In this document: one piece after another, positions 46,760-56,039 of the stretch
Numbering within the stretch: position 1 is the first letter of the stretch
How the letters are laid out: each line of letters starts with the position of its first letter
Assembly (NCBI GenBank): GCA_050506795.1
Contig: JBJHCF010000027.1
Location: 1 to 64,000, forward strand
DNA from: Opitutia bacterium
Lineage (GTDB): Bacteria; Verrucomicrobiota; Verrucomicrobiia; Opitutales; T3Sed10-336
DNA: 64,000 bases
Direction of reading: 5' to 3'
Program-made: the position numbers and the translations under genes
Notes under the pieces: generated by a model
Databases searched by the model: none
What the model was told of the DNA's origin: nothing
The model's input: the letters and a program-made list of their open reading frames with translations, nothing else

Positions 46760-46975
46760 ACCACTCCACTACGCCACTACTCCACCACTCCGAATGGCAC
46801 GGTTAAGGGTTCCATTCGGGATCGCTATCGCTATCGGGATCGGAATCGAGGTTTCGTTAACCCAATCCCTATCAGGGTTTGCTATCCCGATAGCGATCCC
46901 GATCCCGATTTGGATTTTCAATCGACAAGCTGCTTAACCGAGCACCACTCCACTACTCCACCACTCCATTATTCC
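46760..46975. repeat. Nested repeat: two 8-mer arrays flanking a hairpin cassette of inverted 6-mer arrays
   Basis: accactcc-type x4 at 46760-46791 and 46944-46975; IR at 46797-46807/46933-46943; inner atcgNN and NNcgat arrays. Confidence 0.75.
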
Positions 46976-47777
46976 TCTTAAGAAGCCGACCTAGCGTATC
47001 CAGGGAAACAAGATTCTGATCCTGCCGACGTTCCAGGAACGGAGCCACGTCCGCGACGGCCCGTTTCCAATCGGTTTGCTCGAACTTACGCCACAGAAGG
47101 TCACGCCAATTCTCCGCATCAGGAGTTTTCCCCTTCCAGCCGGTCTGCCGCAACGCGTTTGCCAGCAGAGTCAGATTCGGTTCCGGCCACTCCGGATCCG
47201 ACAAATACCACGCCAAATCGTAAAGATCGCGTCCTTTGGTGTACTTTCGCGACAGCACCGCGTGGAGTTTTCCCGCGAACAGTGAAGCACGGTCATGGTG
47301 CAGCAAATTAAGCATGACATAACGGCGAATGACCCGGGTTTCCAACCCCGCTCCGGCGGGTGGCCTGGTATCGATCTCCACTTTCACCGAAAGAACTTCG
47401 TCGGCGTGAGGCGACACGCCAATCTCGTGGAGAAGTCCCTTGAACTTGATAAAGGCCGCCGCGACCGCGGTTCCCTGACGCGCCTTGACCTCGACATCGT
47501 ACCCTTCCGCGGACAGGTCGAACCTGACGGAACGCAAATGGCTTTCGAATCGCGCGGGTTGACCGGATTCTCGAAGCGAAAAATCCAGATCCTCGGAATA
47601 TCTCGGAAGCTGAAACAAAAACCGAAGCGCCGTCCCGCCGACAAAGGCCCAATTGGCAAAAGCCCCGGAATCCTGCAGCGCCAGAAGCGTGCGCGCCTGA
47701 AGGTATTCGCGGGCGACGCTGCGCTTGAGAAAAGGATTCGGCTGTTCCGCCGCCAGGGATAGGAGGATTTCTTTCAT
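46953..47777 (-). CDS. abiEii: AbiEii nucleotidyltransferase toxin (type IV TA)
   Basis: REYLQ, FVGGTALR, RYSEDLDFS, KLHA and KGRDLYD motifs. Confidence 0.88.
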   Translation of the reverse strand: MKEILLSLAAEQPNPFLKRSVAREYLQARTLLALQDSGAFANWAFVGGTALRFLFQLPRYSEDLDFSLRESGQPARFESHLRSVRFDLSAEGYDVEVKARQGTAVAAAFIKFKGLLHEIGVSPHADEVLSVKVEIDTRPPAGAGLETRVIRRYVMLNLLHHDRASLFAGKLHAVLSRKYTKGRDLYDLAWYLSDPEWPEPNLTLLANALRQTGWKGKTPDAENWRDLLWRKFEQTDWKRAVADVAPFLERRQDQNLVSLDTLGRLLKRNNGVVE

Positions 47778-48412
47778 AGGGTCACGTATTCACCGGATTC
47801 CTCACGCAGGTCCTTCAGGCGACGGACGGCGCGAACGACTTTGCGCGATCCGGAACGTTCGGCGGCGGCCTGCAACCGATCGAAACCAAAGGCGATGTCC
47901 CACTCCAAACGCAGTTCCCGCAAGTAGTCGCGATCGTCACTTCCCGGAGTCAGGTACAACAGATCGATCAGGCCCTTTTCCGGGCCGGCCAGCAAAGCCT
48001 TTTGCCCCGGGGCCACCTCGCGTTCGCCGAACCCGAAAAACAGACGACGGCCCACATGCCGAAAGGTAAATCCCCCGAGCGGGGTTTCGATCGATTCGGG
48101 GCGGCGAAGGGTGACACTGGTCACGACGGGGACGTGTTCGGGGATCATACCGTGGTAAGCGAGAGCCGATTGCAGACTCACATAAGATCCCTTCCGGAGG
48201 GTGTTGGCCACCACAAAGGGGTGGGGCTTACGGCGGGCGTAGGGCTCCCGCACCGCATAGACGCCGCGCCGAAGCATGACAATTTTTCCCGCCCGCACCC
48301 AGCGGTCCAGTTGCCTCCGAACCCCCTCCGGCGACCCCGCCCCCGCCAAGATCGAAGCCGTGGTAAAAACTGGATTGTCCCCGGCAATCCGCAGCAATTC
48401 TTCCAATTTCAT
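47774..48412 (-). CDS. abiEi: AbiEi antitoxin / regulator
   Basis: N-terminal wHTH with LRRGVY; SYVSLQSALAYHGMIPE and PEK.LID.LY motifs; ATGA coupling to abiEii. Confidence 0.85.
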   Translation of the reverse strand: MKLEELLRIAGDNPVFTTASILAGAGSPEGVRRQLDRWVRAGKIVMLRRGVYAVREPYARRKPHPFVVANTLRKGSYVSLQSALAYHGMIPEHVPVVTSVTLRRPESIETPLGGFTFRHVGRRLFFGFGEREVAPGQKALLAGPEKGLIDLLYLTPGSDDRDYLRELRLEWDIAFGFDRLQAAAERSGSRKVVRAVRRLKDLREESGEYVTL

Positions 48413-48448
48413 TGCAATAACTTGACACTAATGTCTTTTTATCGCAAT
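48411..48448 (-). promoter_or_regulatory. Inverted-repeat operator at the abiEi start
   Basis: attgcaataa-ctt-gaca-ctaa-tgtc-ttt-ttatcgcaat. Confidence 0.55.
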
Positions 48449-48516
48449 ACTAAATCCAAAAAACGTGGACCAGGATGGGGGTCGCCGGGCGCGCGGGTCG
48501 GACGAGAACATCCGTT

Positions 48517-48861
48517 TTACTTCTCGAGCAGAACCACCGCCACGATGTTGGATTTTGTGCGTTCGATTTCCACAACTCGCCACCCATCATTCAGCAATGA
48601 GGGCAAAATCCTTCTTCGGTCTCCTGTAGTCGCCTCCGGGTCACCGACAAGAACCGTGCTACTCCCATCCTCGTGCAAGTAGACGATTTTTTGCTGTTTG
48701 GTTTCGTCACCGGATGAAGATTCGGGTAACGCACCCATGAACAGCATCGATACGATGGCAACGAATGCGATCAAACCTCCCACTCTTAACATTTTCACAA
48801 TTTCCACCTTTCTCTCCTTTAAATAATAACGTATTGCCCAGATTTTCAGTGAGCGATACAT
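48517..48861 (-). CDS. Hypothetical exported protein
   Basis: Hydrophobic signal-like segment; AT-richer. True start probably downstream of 48861. Confidence 0.5.
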   Translation of the reverse strand: MYRSLKIWAIRYYLKERKVEIVKMLRVGGLIAFVAIVSMLFMGALPESSSGDETKQQKIVYLHEDGSSTVLVGDPEATTGDRRRILPSLLNDGWRVVEIERTKSNIVAVVLLEK

Positions 48862-48895
48862 CGCGTCATATCAGTGCCGGTCAAGGCAAACCGGC

Positions 48896-51466
48896 TCACT
48901 CCAGGCGCGCCCGGATTCGCACGAACTCGCGTCCCTGGGCGCCGAGGAAGGCGGGGGCGCGGGCGATCACCGTTTGCAGGCCGTTGGCGCTCTCAACGAC
49001 GGTTTCGCCCGCCGAAAACCAAGTCTTGAGGTCTTCGGAAAACTCCACAACCACCACCGCTCCGATCGCGTTGGGGTCGCGCTGATAGGTGATCTCCAGG
49101 CGGCCGTCGTTGACTTCGGGTTTTCCAATTCGTTCGGACAGGGGTTCCCCCGGAGCCAGGCCGAGGGCATAACGAAGGAGGTTGGGCACGCCGTCCAGAC
49201 CGGGAATGGCGTCCGGACCGCTCATTTCGGGATTCCCGGTGTCTCCGGGACCGAAATGCGCTTCCGCCCACGCGGTGTAATCAACCCCGTCACGCTCTTC
49301 CGCCAGCAGCGGAACCACCTGGTGACGCCAGACCCCGTTGTAGACGCGCACGTCGTCGAAGAGCCCGGTGAAACCCGGTTCGCCACCCGTGGCGTCGCTA
49401 CCCAGCCAGACCCGGTTCACATTGGCCGCGACGTCCGAGACGCGCACTTCGTCGATCAGTCCATTGAAAAAGTCGGCGACTCCTCCGCCCCACATGCCGC
49501 GTCCCACGGTCCACGCGTTTGAACCGGGGACAAAAATACCGTCGACCGCCAGCGTGCTCTGCAAAACGTAGTCGTTGTCCTCCGGCCCCTTGAGCCAGAG
49601 GCTCATCTCGTTCGCCGTGACCGTGGCCACGGCACTGTACCAGACCCCCGCCTGGACGGTGTCGTTGCTGAAAATCTGCCGGCGCGTGCCCCCGCCGTCG
49701 GCGATGGCGGCCTCCAGGAGGCCGTCGTTGCGGACTTTAAGAGAAAACGGAGGCTGGCCGCCGATGGGATTGCCGTCCTTGCCGACGATCACCTGCCAGG
49801 CGTTGGTCACGTTGGCTTTGAAGGACGCCTCTACCGTCAATTCAGGGAATGGGTGCGAGTTGATCGGTTTGCCGTCGGAATACACATCGCGGTTGCCATT
49901 GGAAAAATCCAAAGCCAGTTGGTTGTCCTCACCGGTCCCCGGCACGGGGTCGAAGGGAGTGTCCGTCACGTAAAGCGGCGCGGTACCCGTTCCCCAGGTA
50001 CGGAGGTGGTTGCCATTGCCGGAGGAATCCGGCACCTGGTCGGCCGCCACCGGGACATTGCTTCCCGCCGGTCCCTCCTCGAAACGCCAGTAGGCCACCA
50101 CGTTTTCGGCGGCCACCGCCGAACCGTCCGTTGCAAGAAAGCCTGTATCCCCCGGGTCGAAGGTTTCCTCGAACACGGCCTCGCCATCGAGGTATATCCG
50201 AACCGCCGAATCGGCGTCACGGGTCAGCGTCAGATGGTACCAGGTGTCGTTGCGCAGGCCTTCGGCCACGGGCAAACCGTCCCCGGCCAGGGCGTGATGT
50301 TGAAAACCGAGCGCGAAGGTGTCGGCGGCGGCGTCAAACCCGGTGGCATGAAGGCGCCAATACCGGTCTTCGCCGGACGCGGAACTGAACAGATGCTGCC
50401 GCGCATCGGGTGCGAGATCCGCATCCAGTCGATTCCGGTTAAACCAGAATGCGACGGTGAACGGTTGGGTGAAAGCCACCGTATTGCCCAGGTTCACGCC
50501 CGCACCGTCGGAAGCGATTCCCAGGGAGCCGGTGCTGCCTTCCGCCTGTCGTGCTCCCCTGGCGGCCGGGCCGGAGAACAGGGGCAAAGGGTCGGAGGTG
50601 GACTCGCCTTTCACCAAGGTCGCCGGACTTCCGGTGGCCGCGGCCAGGGGCGCCGAGGTCGTGCGGTCCCGGGTCGGCAAATACTCGGGGTCGAGTTGGG
50701 CGAAGCCCGCGGTGGCGGGGGTTTCGTTCAGAAGCCAGTGATGCACCAAAACCGGCGCCCCCGGATAATCGAGCGGATCGGTGGGGTCGGTGTCGGCCAG
50801 ATACTCCTCCAGATTCGTGTAGCCGTCGCCGTCGGTATCGTGATGGGCGCCAATACGACTGCTCCCGCCAAAATAAAACATGTGCCAGTCGGCCGGCAAT
50901 CCCTGGATCTGGCCTACGATGCCCATGTCCCGGCGCATCGCCGCCACCATTTTGATGTGGCGCACGCGATTGATAGCGCCGTCCTCGTTGTTCTGGTTCA
51001 GGCCGTAGGGCCAGAAATGTTGCGCATCGGCGCTGAGGTGCGCATCGGGTCCGTCAAAGTGCCGGAGCTGGCGCACCGCGTGCTCGCCGGTCCAGGTATT
51101 GCCGGAACGGTTGTTGTTCCAGTTCCAGTGCGTTCCCACGCCCAGGGTGTGCGAGATTTCGTGCAGCGCCGTCCGGGTGTTCTGGAAGCCCGAATTGCTG
51201 CCGAACTCGATCCAGCCGTCGTAATTGGCGTGAGCGGTGGGCACCCCGGGATTGTAGTTGGCGGTGACGTGTTTCTCAAAATACCCGTGCTCGTTATACA
51301 GCGCCACCGCCTCGGCCATGGCGTTGTCGATCCGCTCCCGCGCGTCCGCCGGCCAGCCGGCGCCGTTTTGGTGCAGGCTGTAGGTGAGGGCTCCTGCCGT
51401 CAAAACCGCCGGCAAAGTGACGAAAGAACCCAGGAGGCACGCGGAGAGGCGTCTAATGTACATCAT
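48896..51466 (-). CDS. Secreted HEXXH metallopeptidase-like protein with two LamG domains
   Basis: Signal peptide, ALHEISHTLG, DTDGDG..NLEEY, two LamG motif sets, C-terminal SEDLKTW...FVR. Confidence 0.78.
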   Translation of the reverse strand: MMYIRRLSACLLGSFVTLPAVLTAGALTYSLHQNGAGWPADARERIDNAMAEAVALYNEHGYFEKHVTANYNPGVPTAHANYDGWIEFGSNSGFQNTRTALHEISHTLGVGTHWNWNNNRSGNTWTGEHAVRQLRHFDGPDAHLSADAQHFWPYGLNQNNEDGAINRVRHIKMVAAMRRDMGIVGQIQGLPADWHMFYFGGSSRIGAHHDTDGDGYTNLEEYLADTDPTDPLDYPGAPVLVHHWLLNETPATAGFAQLDPEYLPTRDRTTSAPLAAATGSPATLVKGESTSDPLPLFSGPAARGARQAEGSTGSLGIASDGAGVNLGNTVAFTQPFTVAFWFNRNRLDADLAPDARQHLFSSASGEDRYWRLHATGFDAAADTFALGFQHHALAGDGLPVAEGLRNDTWYHLTLTRDADSAVRIYLDGEAVFEETFDPGDTGFLATDGSAVAAENVVAYWRFEEGPAGSNVPVAADQVPDSSGNGNHLRTWGTGTAPLYVTDTPFDPVPGTGEDNQLALDFSNGNRDVYSDGKPINSHPFPELTVEASFKANVTNAWQVIVGKDGNPIGGQPPFSLKVRNDGLLEAAIADGGGTRRQIFSNDTVQAGVWYSAVATVTANEMSLWLKGPEDNDYVLQSTLAVDGIFVPGSNAWTVGRGMWGGGVADFFNGLIDEVRVSDVAANVNRVWLGSDATGGEPGFTGLFDDVRVYNGVWRHQVVPLLAEERDGVDYTAWAEAHFGPGDTGNPEMSGPDAIPGLDGVPNLLRYALGLAPGEPLSERIGKPEVNDGRLEITYQRDPNAIGAVVVVEFSEDLKTWFSAGETVVESANGLQTVIARAPAFLGAQGREFVRIRARLE

Positions 51467-51586
51467 GTTACCTATGTCACAAAATCATCAGAAATTCCGA
51501 ATGTGGAGCGAATTGTATCGTTGAACGTATTCGGGAACCGGTTTTCGAGGCGATCCGTTTTATTCTGGAAACAGGATCCTTAATCG

Positions 51587-51722
51587 CACACGGAGTCACG
51601 CCCTCGACGGGCTCAGGCCGGTGAAAGACACGGAGGAAGCGATAATGATGAAGTGAGAAATGAGAGAGTATTGAGTGTCCGCGATCATGAAAAAATCTCC
51701 GTTGCTCCGTGGCTCCGTGTGA
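51587..51722. repeat. Gene-less cassette with inverted 8-mer arrays
   Basis: cacacggag...acacggag versus ctccgttg ctccgtgg ctccgtgtg. Confidence 0.6.
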
Positions 51723-51794
51723 TCATTTTCCCTCGGTTAAGGCGGTTCATCGTTTGATGAATCCGAATCGGGATCGGATTCCTGGAGGACGGCC

Positions 51795-51818
51795 GGGTGA
51801 AACAGGCATTCCTGCCTG
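51795..51818 (+). repeat. REP-like palindrome family D
   Basis: gggtgaaacaggcattcctgcctg. Confidence 0.7.
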
Positions 51819-51898
51819 TGGAATCCGCACGGCCATGCGGAAGCATGGCCCTCCAGCGTGGAGGGCGGCGCTCCCGGTGGTCCCACGGGCGCCAGGGC

Positions 51899-52771
51899 TC
51901 ATTCCAGGCGTTCGAGCAGACGCTCCTTATTGGACTGGAGCGCGGGGGCGGTGACTTCGGTCAGGAGTCGCCTCGCTCGATTCGGCTCGCCTTTGAGCAG
52001 GTGGATATTGGCCCGGTGCAGGATGATCGTTTGCCGCTCCACGCCGGGCCGCACCCGTTCAGCCATCGCCTCCCAGGCCGCCAGCGCGGCGTCCCAGTCG
52101 GGGTCGGCCACGTCGTAAAAGGACTCGGCATAACGGTAGGCAAAGGCGACCTCGGCCGGCGACAGCTCGGCGGCCAGCCGGAACGCCTCTTGCAGGGCGG
52201 AATCCAACGCTCGCGGCTCGAACATTTCCAGGTCCAGGAAGGTCTGTCGGAATTCCGCCAGCAGCGTGCCCAGTTGATAGTGGTACAGGGGCTCCTCCGG
52301 CTCCAATTCGATGGCCGCCAGGTAATAGGGCAGCGCCTGGTCCGGTTTCTCCTGCTCGGCCATGTAGTTGCCGAGTTGGTTCTTCACCACCGGAATGTTG
52401 GGATCCAATTGATTGGCGCGCAGGAACATGCGGCTGGCCAATTCGCTCTCTCCCGCCCGGTCCAACATCAGGCCGTAGGCGACATAGCCCGGAGCGTAAT
52501 TCGGGTTATCGCCCAAAAACGCCTCGTATCGCGGCACCAGATCCTGAAACCCGCGTTGCACCCGCTCGAGATCGAAGGTACCGTCGCCGCGGCGGGACCG
52601 TTCCAGGATGCGTTCCTCTTCCTGCACCAGGCGCTGGAGATTGCGAAAGGCAAGGGTCCGGGTCTCATCGCCCGGCGCCTGATCCGCTGTCAACGGGGCG
52701 AGCCAAACAACAAGCGCAAGCGCCGAAATCGGCAGGATTTTGCAAAAGGTTCCCATTAGCATTGAGTTCAA
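51899..52771 (-). CDS. Exported TPR-repeat protein
   Basis: Signal peptide; A..LDP and A.ELEP..LY.YQLG TPR patterns. Confidence 0.75.
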   Translation of the reverse strand: MNSMLMGTFCKILPISALALVVWLAPLTADQAPGDETRTLAFRNLQRLVQEEERILERSRRGDGTFDLERVQRGFQDLVPRYEAFLGDNPNYAPGYVAYGLMLDRAGESELASRMFLRANQLDPNIPVVKNQLGNYMAEQEKPDQALPYYLAAIELEPEEPLYHYQLGTLLAEFRQTFLDLEMFEPRALDSALQEAFRLAAELSPAEVAFAYRYAESFYDVADPDWDAALAAWEAMAERVRPGVERQTIILHRANIHLLKGEPNRARRLLTEVTAPALQSNKERLLERLE

Positions 52772-52803
52772 GAGTGAAAGGCATTGAATAGCACTTCAAC
52801 GGT

Positions 52804-53820
52804 ATGATCAAGATCGACGCCATGAGTTCCGCCAGCCGTGTATTCGGCCGCGATTACCATACCGCCAGGGAACGACGTGCGCCACTCACCGGAATGCCGC
52901 GCCTGCTTGCCGAATCGGTGACCCGCCGGGGATTGGTGCGCCGCCGTCCTCCCGAGGAATCGGCCATCCCTCCAGAGGACGTGCCGCCCTACCAGCCGCA
53001 AAGGGTTCAGCCGGATCTCCAACGCTTGCAGACCCCCCCGGACCCGGACCGTTTTCAGGTCACCTGGATCGGCCATGCGACTTTTCTCATTCAGGTGGGA
53101 GGAAAAAACTTCCTTAGCGACCCCATTTACAGCCGCTGCTGCTCGCCGGTTTACCTGCCCAACCTGCGCCGTCTGGCCGAGCCCGGAATCCCGTTCGACC
53201 TACTGCCCCGCATCGACGGCGTTCTTATCAGCCACGACCACTACGATCACCTCGACCGGCGAACCATCCGCCGCCTGGGCGGCGACCCGCATTATTTCTT
53301 TCCGCTCGGAATCACGCCCTGGTTTCAGCGGCTGCACTACGTGAACTGTCATGAGGCCGATTGGGGGCAATCGCTCAGATTCGGGGAAATCTCCCTCCAT
53401 TGCGTGCCGGCGCAACACTTCTCCGGCCGCGGGGTGTTCGATCGCAACCGCACCCTCTGGTGCGGCTGGATACTGGAGCACGCCGGCCGCAAACTCTACT
53501 TCGCCGGCGACTCCGGGTATTCGTCGCTTTTCGCCGAAATCGGCCGCGAACACGGTCCGATCGATTGTTCCCTCATCCCCATCGGCGCCTACAGTCCGCG
53601 CTGGTTCATGCACCCGGTTCACGTGGACCCCCGCGAGGCGGTCAAGATCCACTGCGACGTCCACTCGCGCCAGTCCATCGCCTCCCATTGGGGCACCTTT
53701 CAACTCACCAACGAACCGCCGGGCGAACCCCCGATCTACCTGAGAAAGGTGCTGCGGGAGGAAGGGCTTCCGGAAGAGTCCTTTGTCACCCCCCGGTTCG
53801 GAGAAACCCTCGTTATCTAA
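52804..53820 (+). CDS. MBL-fold hydrolase (NAPE-PLD/RomA-like)
   Basis: WIGHAT, SHDHYDHLD, PAQHFSGR, FAGDSGY, PIGAY and HWGTF motifs. Confidence 0.88.
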   Translation: MIKIDAMSSASRVFGRDYHTARERRAPLTGMPRLLAESVTRRGLVRRRPPEESAIPPEDVPPYQPQRVQPDLQRLQTPPDPDRFQVTWIGHATFLIQVGGKNFLSDPIYSRCCSPVYLPNLRRLAEPGIPFDLLPRIDGVLISHDHYDHLDRRTIRRLGGDPHYFFPLGITPWFQRLHYVNCHEADWGQSLRFGEISLHCVPAQHFSGRGVFDRNRTLWCGWILEHAGRKLYFAGDSGYSSLFAEIGREHGPIDCSLIPIGAYSPRWFMHPVHVDPREAVKIHCDVHSRQSIASHWGTFQLTNEPPGEPPIYLRKVLREEGLPEESFVTPRFGETLVI

Positions 53821-53838
53821 ACCCTTCCATCACCCGCT

Positions 53839-55437
53839 ATGGCCATCAAAGAAGTCATCCTCATCGCCAACGGCGACCTGCGCACCGCCGCCAACCGCAA
53901 CTGCCACGAGGCGCAAGTCGCCATGGAGAAGCAGATTGTCGCCGCCTTCAAAAAGGAGGGCGTATCCGTGAGGCGGGGACACCCTTTCAACCCGAAGAAA
54001 GGTCACGGCTTCATCGACAGTCAGAAGTACGGGATGGAGGTGTTTCGTTCCATCCCCAGGAACGCCCCGCTGGTGGTGGCCGAAGCGGTCTGGCAATACA
54101 GTCACCACATCCTGCACGGGCTTTACCAGCACGAGGGCCCGATTCTCACAGTGGCCAATTGGAGCGGCACCTGGCCCGGTCTGGTGGGCATGCTCAATCT
54201 CAACGGTTCTCTGACCAAGGCCGGAGTCGAGTACAGTACCTTGTGGAGCGAGGATTTCATCGACTCCTTTTTCCGCCAGGGCCTCAAGAGCTGGCTGGAA
54301 GCCGGACGCATCGCCCACGACACCGCCCATGTGCGCCCCGGTGACAGCATTCCCGCCGGCGCGGAGGAAACCGGGGTCGCCTTCGCCCGTGAATTTCGCG
54401 AGCGGAAAGCCATCATGGGCGTGTTCGACGAGGGGTGCATGGGCATGTACAACGCCATCATTCCCGACGAGCTCCTGCACCCGACCGGGGTGTTCAAGGA
54501 GCGACTGAGCCAGTCGACCCTGTACGCGAAAATGCTGACTGTTCCGGACGCCGAAGCACGGGCGGTTTACGAATGGCTGCGCGAGAGGCATGTCTATTTC
54601 GACTTCGGGCTGAAGGAGGAGGAGGACCTGACCGAGAAGCAGGTTTTGCAGCAGTGCAAAATGTACGTCGCCGCCGTCCGGCTGGCGGACGAATTCGGCT
54701 GCGACACCATCGGGATTCAGTACCAGCAGGGGCTCAAGGACCTGGCCCCGGCCTCCGACCTGGTGGAGGGTCTGCTCAACAACTGCGAGCGCCCGCCGGT
54801 CCACCACGAGGCGACCGGAGCGGAACTCTTCGCCGGCGAAGCATTGCCCCACTTCAACGAGGTCGACGAATGCGCCGGACTCGACGCCCTGGTCACCTAC
54901 AAACTCTGGCGGCGCCTGGGCTACCCGCCCGAAACCACGCTGCACGACCTGCGCTGGGGACGTCACTACAAAGGCACCGGACTCGACGCCTACGTCTGGG
55001 TGTTTCTCATCTCCGGCGCCGCGCCGGCGGCCCATTTCATCGACGGCTACCGCGGGGCCTCGAGCGAACGCCAGCCGCCGATGTATTTCCGTCTCGGCGG
55101 TGGCACGTTAAAGGGCATCAGCAAACCGGGTCACGTGGTCTGGAGCCGCGTTTACGTCCAGGGCGGACGACTGAAATTCGACACCGGCCTGGCCGAAGTG
55201 GTGCGCCTGCCGCAGGAGGAGACGGAGGAACGCTGGCGCCTGACCACTCCCCAGTGGCCGATCATGCACGCCGTCCTCAAGGGAATCACCCGCGACCAGA
55301 TGATGGCCCGCCACAAATCAAACCACATCCAAGTCGTCTACGCCCCCGACGAAACCAGCGCCCGCAACGGCCTCTACGCCAAAGCCGCCGCCATGAGCGA
55401 ACTGGGTCTGGAAGTGTCGCTCTGCGGCGAGATCTGA
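53839..55437 (+). CDS. L-fucose/arabinose isomerase-like protein
   Basis: WPGLVG.LN, GIQYQ, NEVD and NHIQV motifs. Confidence 0.7.
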   Translation: MAIKEVILIANGDLRTAANRNCHEAQVAMEKQIVAAFKKEGVSVRRGHPFNPKKGHGFIDSQKYGMEVFRSIPRNAPLVVAEAVWQYSHHILHGLYQHEGPILTVANWSGTWPGLVGMLNLNGSLTKAGVEYSTLWSEDFIDSFFRQGLKSWLEAGRIAHDTAHVRPGDSIPAGAEETGVAFAREFRERKAIMGVFDEGCMGMYNAIIPDELLHPTGVFKERLSQSTLYAKMLTVPDAEARAVYEWLRERHVYFDFGLKEEEDLTEKQVLQQCKMYVAAVRLADEFGCDTIGIQYQQGLKDLAPASDLVEGLLNNCERPPVHHEATGAELFAGEALPHFNEVDECAGLDALVTYKLWRRLGYPPETTLHDLRWGRHYKGTGLDAYVWVFLISGAAPAAHFIDGYRGASSERQPPMYFRLGGGTLKGISKPGHVVWSRVYVQGGRLKFDTGLAEVVRLPQEETEERWRLTTPQWPIMHAVLKGITRDQMMARHKSNHIQVVYAPDETSARNGLYAKAAAMSELGLEVSLCGEI

Positions 55438-55452
55438 AAACCACCGCTCAGA

Positions 55453-55970
55453 CGCCCGCTGAAGCAGGGCGCTACGAGTTCCAAACTCCCCGTAGCTCCG
55501 TGCTTTAAGCCGGAGTTCTTCCCGGGAACCGCCGTCCGCACGCCGCACAGACGCCCGCTGAAGCAGGGCGCTACGAGCTCCAAACTCCCCGTAGCTCCGT
55601 GCTTTAAGCCGGAGTTCTTCCCGGGAACCGCCGTCCGCACGCCGCACAGACGCCCGCTGAAGCAGGGCGCTACGAGTTCCAAACTCCCCGTAGCTCCGTG
55701 CTTTAAGCCGGAGTTCTTCCCCGGAACCGCCGTCCGCACGCCGTACAGACGCCCGCTGAAGCAGGGCGCTACGAGCTCCAAACTCCCCGTAGCTCCGTGC
55801 TTTAAGCCGGAGTTCTTCCCGGGAACCGCCGTCCGCACGCCGTACAGACGCCCGCTGAAGCAGGGCGCTACGAGTTCCAAACTCCCCGTAGCTCCCTGCT
55901 TTAAGCCGGAGTTCTTCCCGGGAACCGCCGTCCGCACGCCGCACAGACGCCCGCTGAAGCAGGGCGCTAC
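55453..55970. repeat. REP/BIME-like tandem array, five 99-bp units plus a sixth REP-A
   Basis: REP-A starts at 55453, 55552, 55651, 55750, 55849 and 55948. Confidence 0.95.
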
Positions 55971-56039
55971 GTCACCGGAATCCGTTTTTGCAGCCCGACA
56001 GGAGCACATGAAGTCGGGGTGAGCCGAGGGTCCTTCGGG

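Noticed and set aside
55453..55970. CRISPR array (also considered for 952-1310)
   Set aside because: Inter-repeat segments are near-identical rather than unique spacers, there are no cas genes, and the GTAG hairpins fit REPs.
55318..56009. 33-aa-repeat proteins on the minus strand (also ORFs at 843-1160)
   Set aside because: By-product of the 99-bp period; they overlap real genes and lack clear starts.
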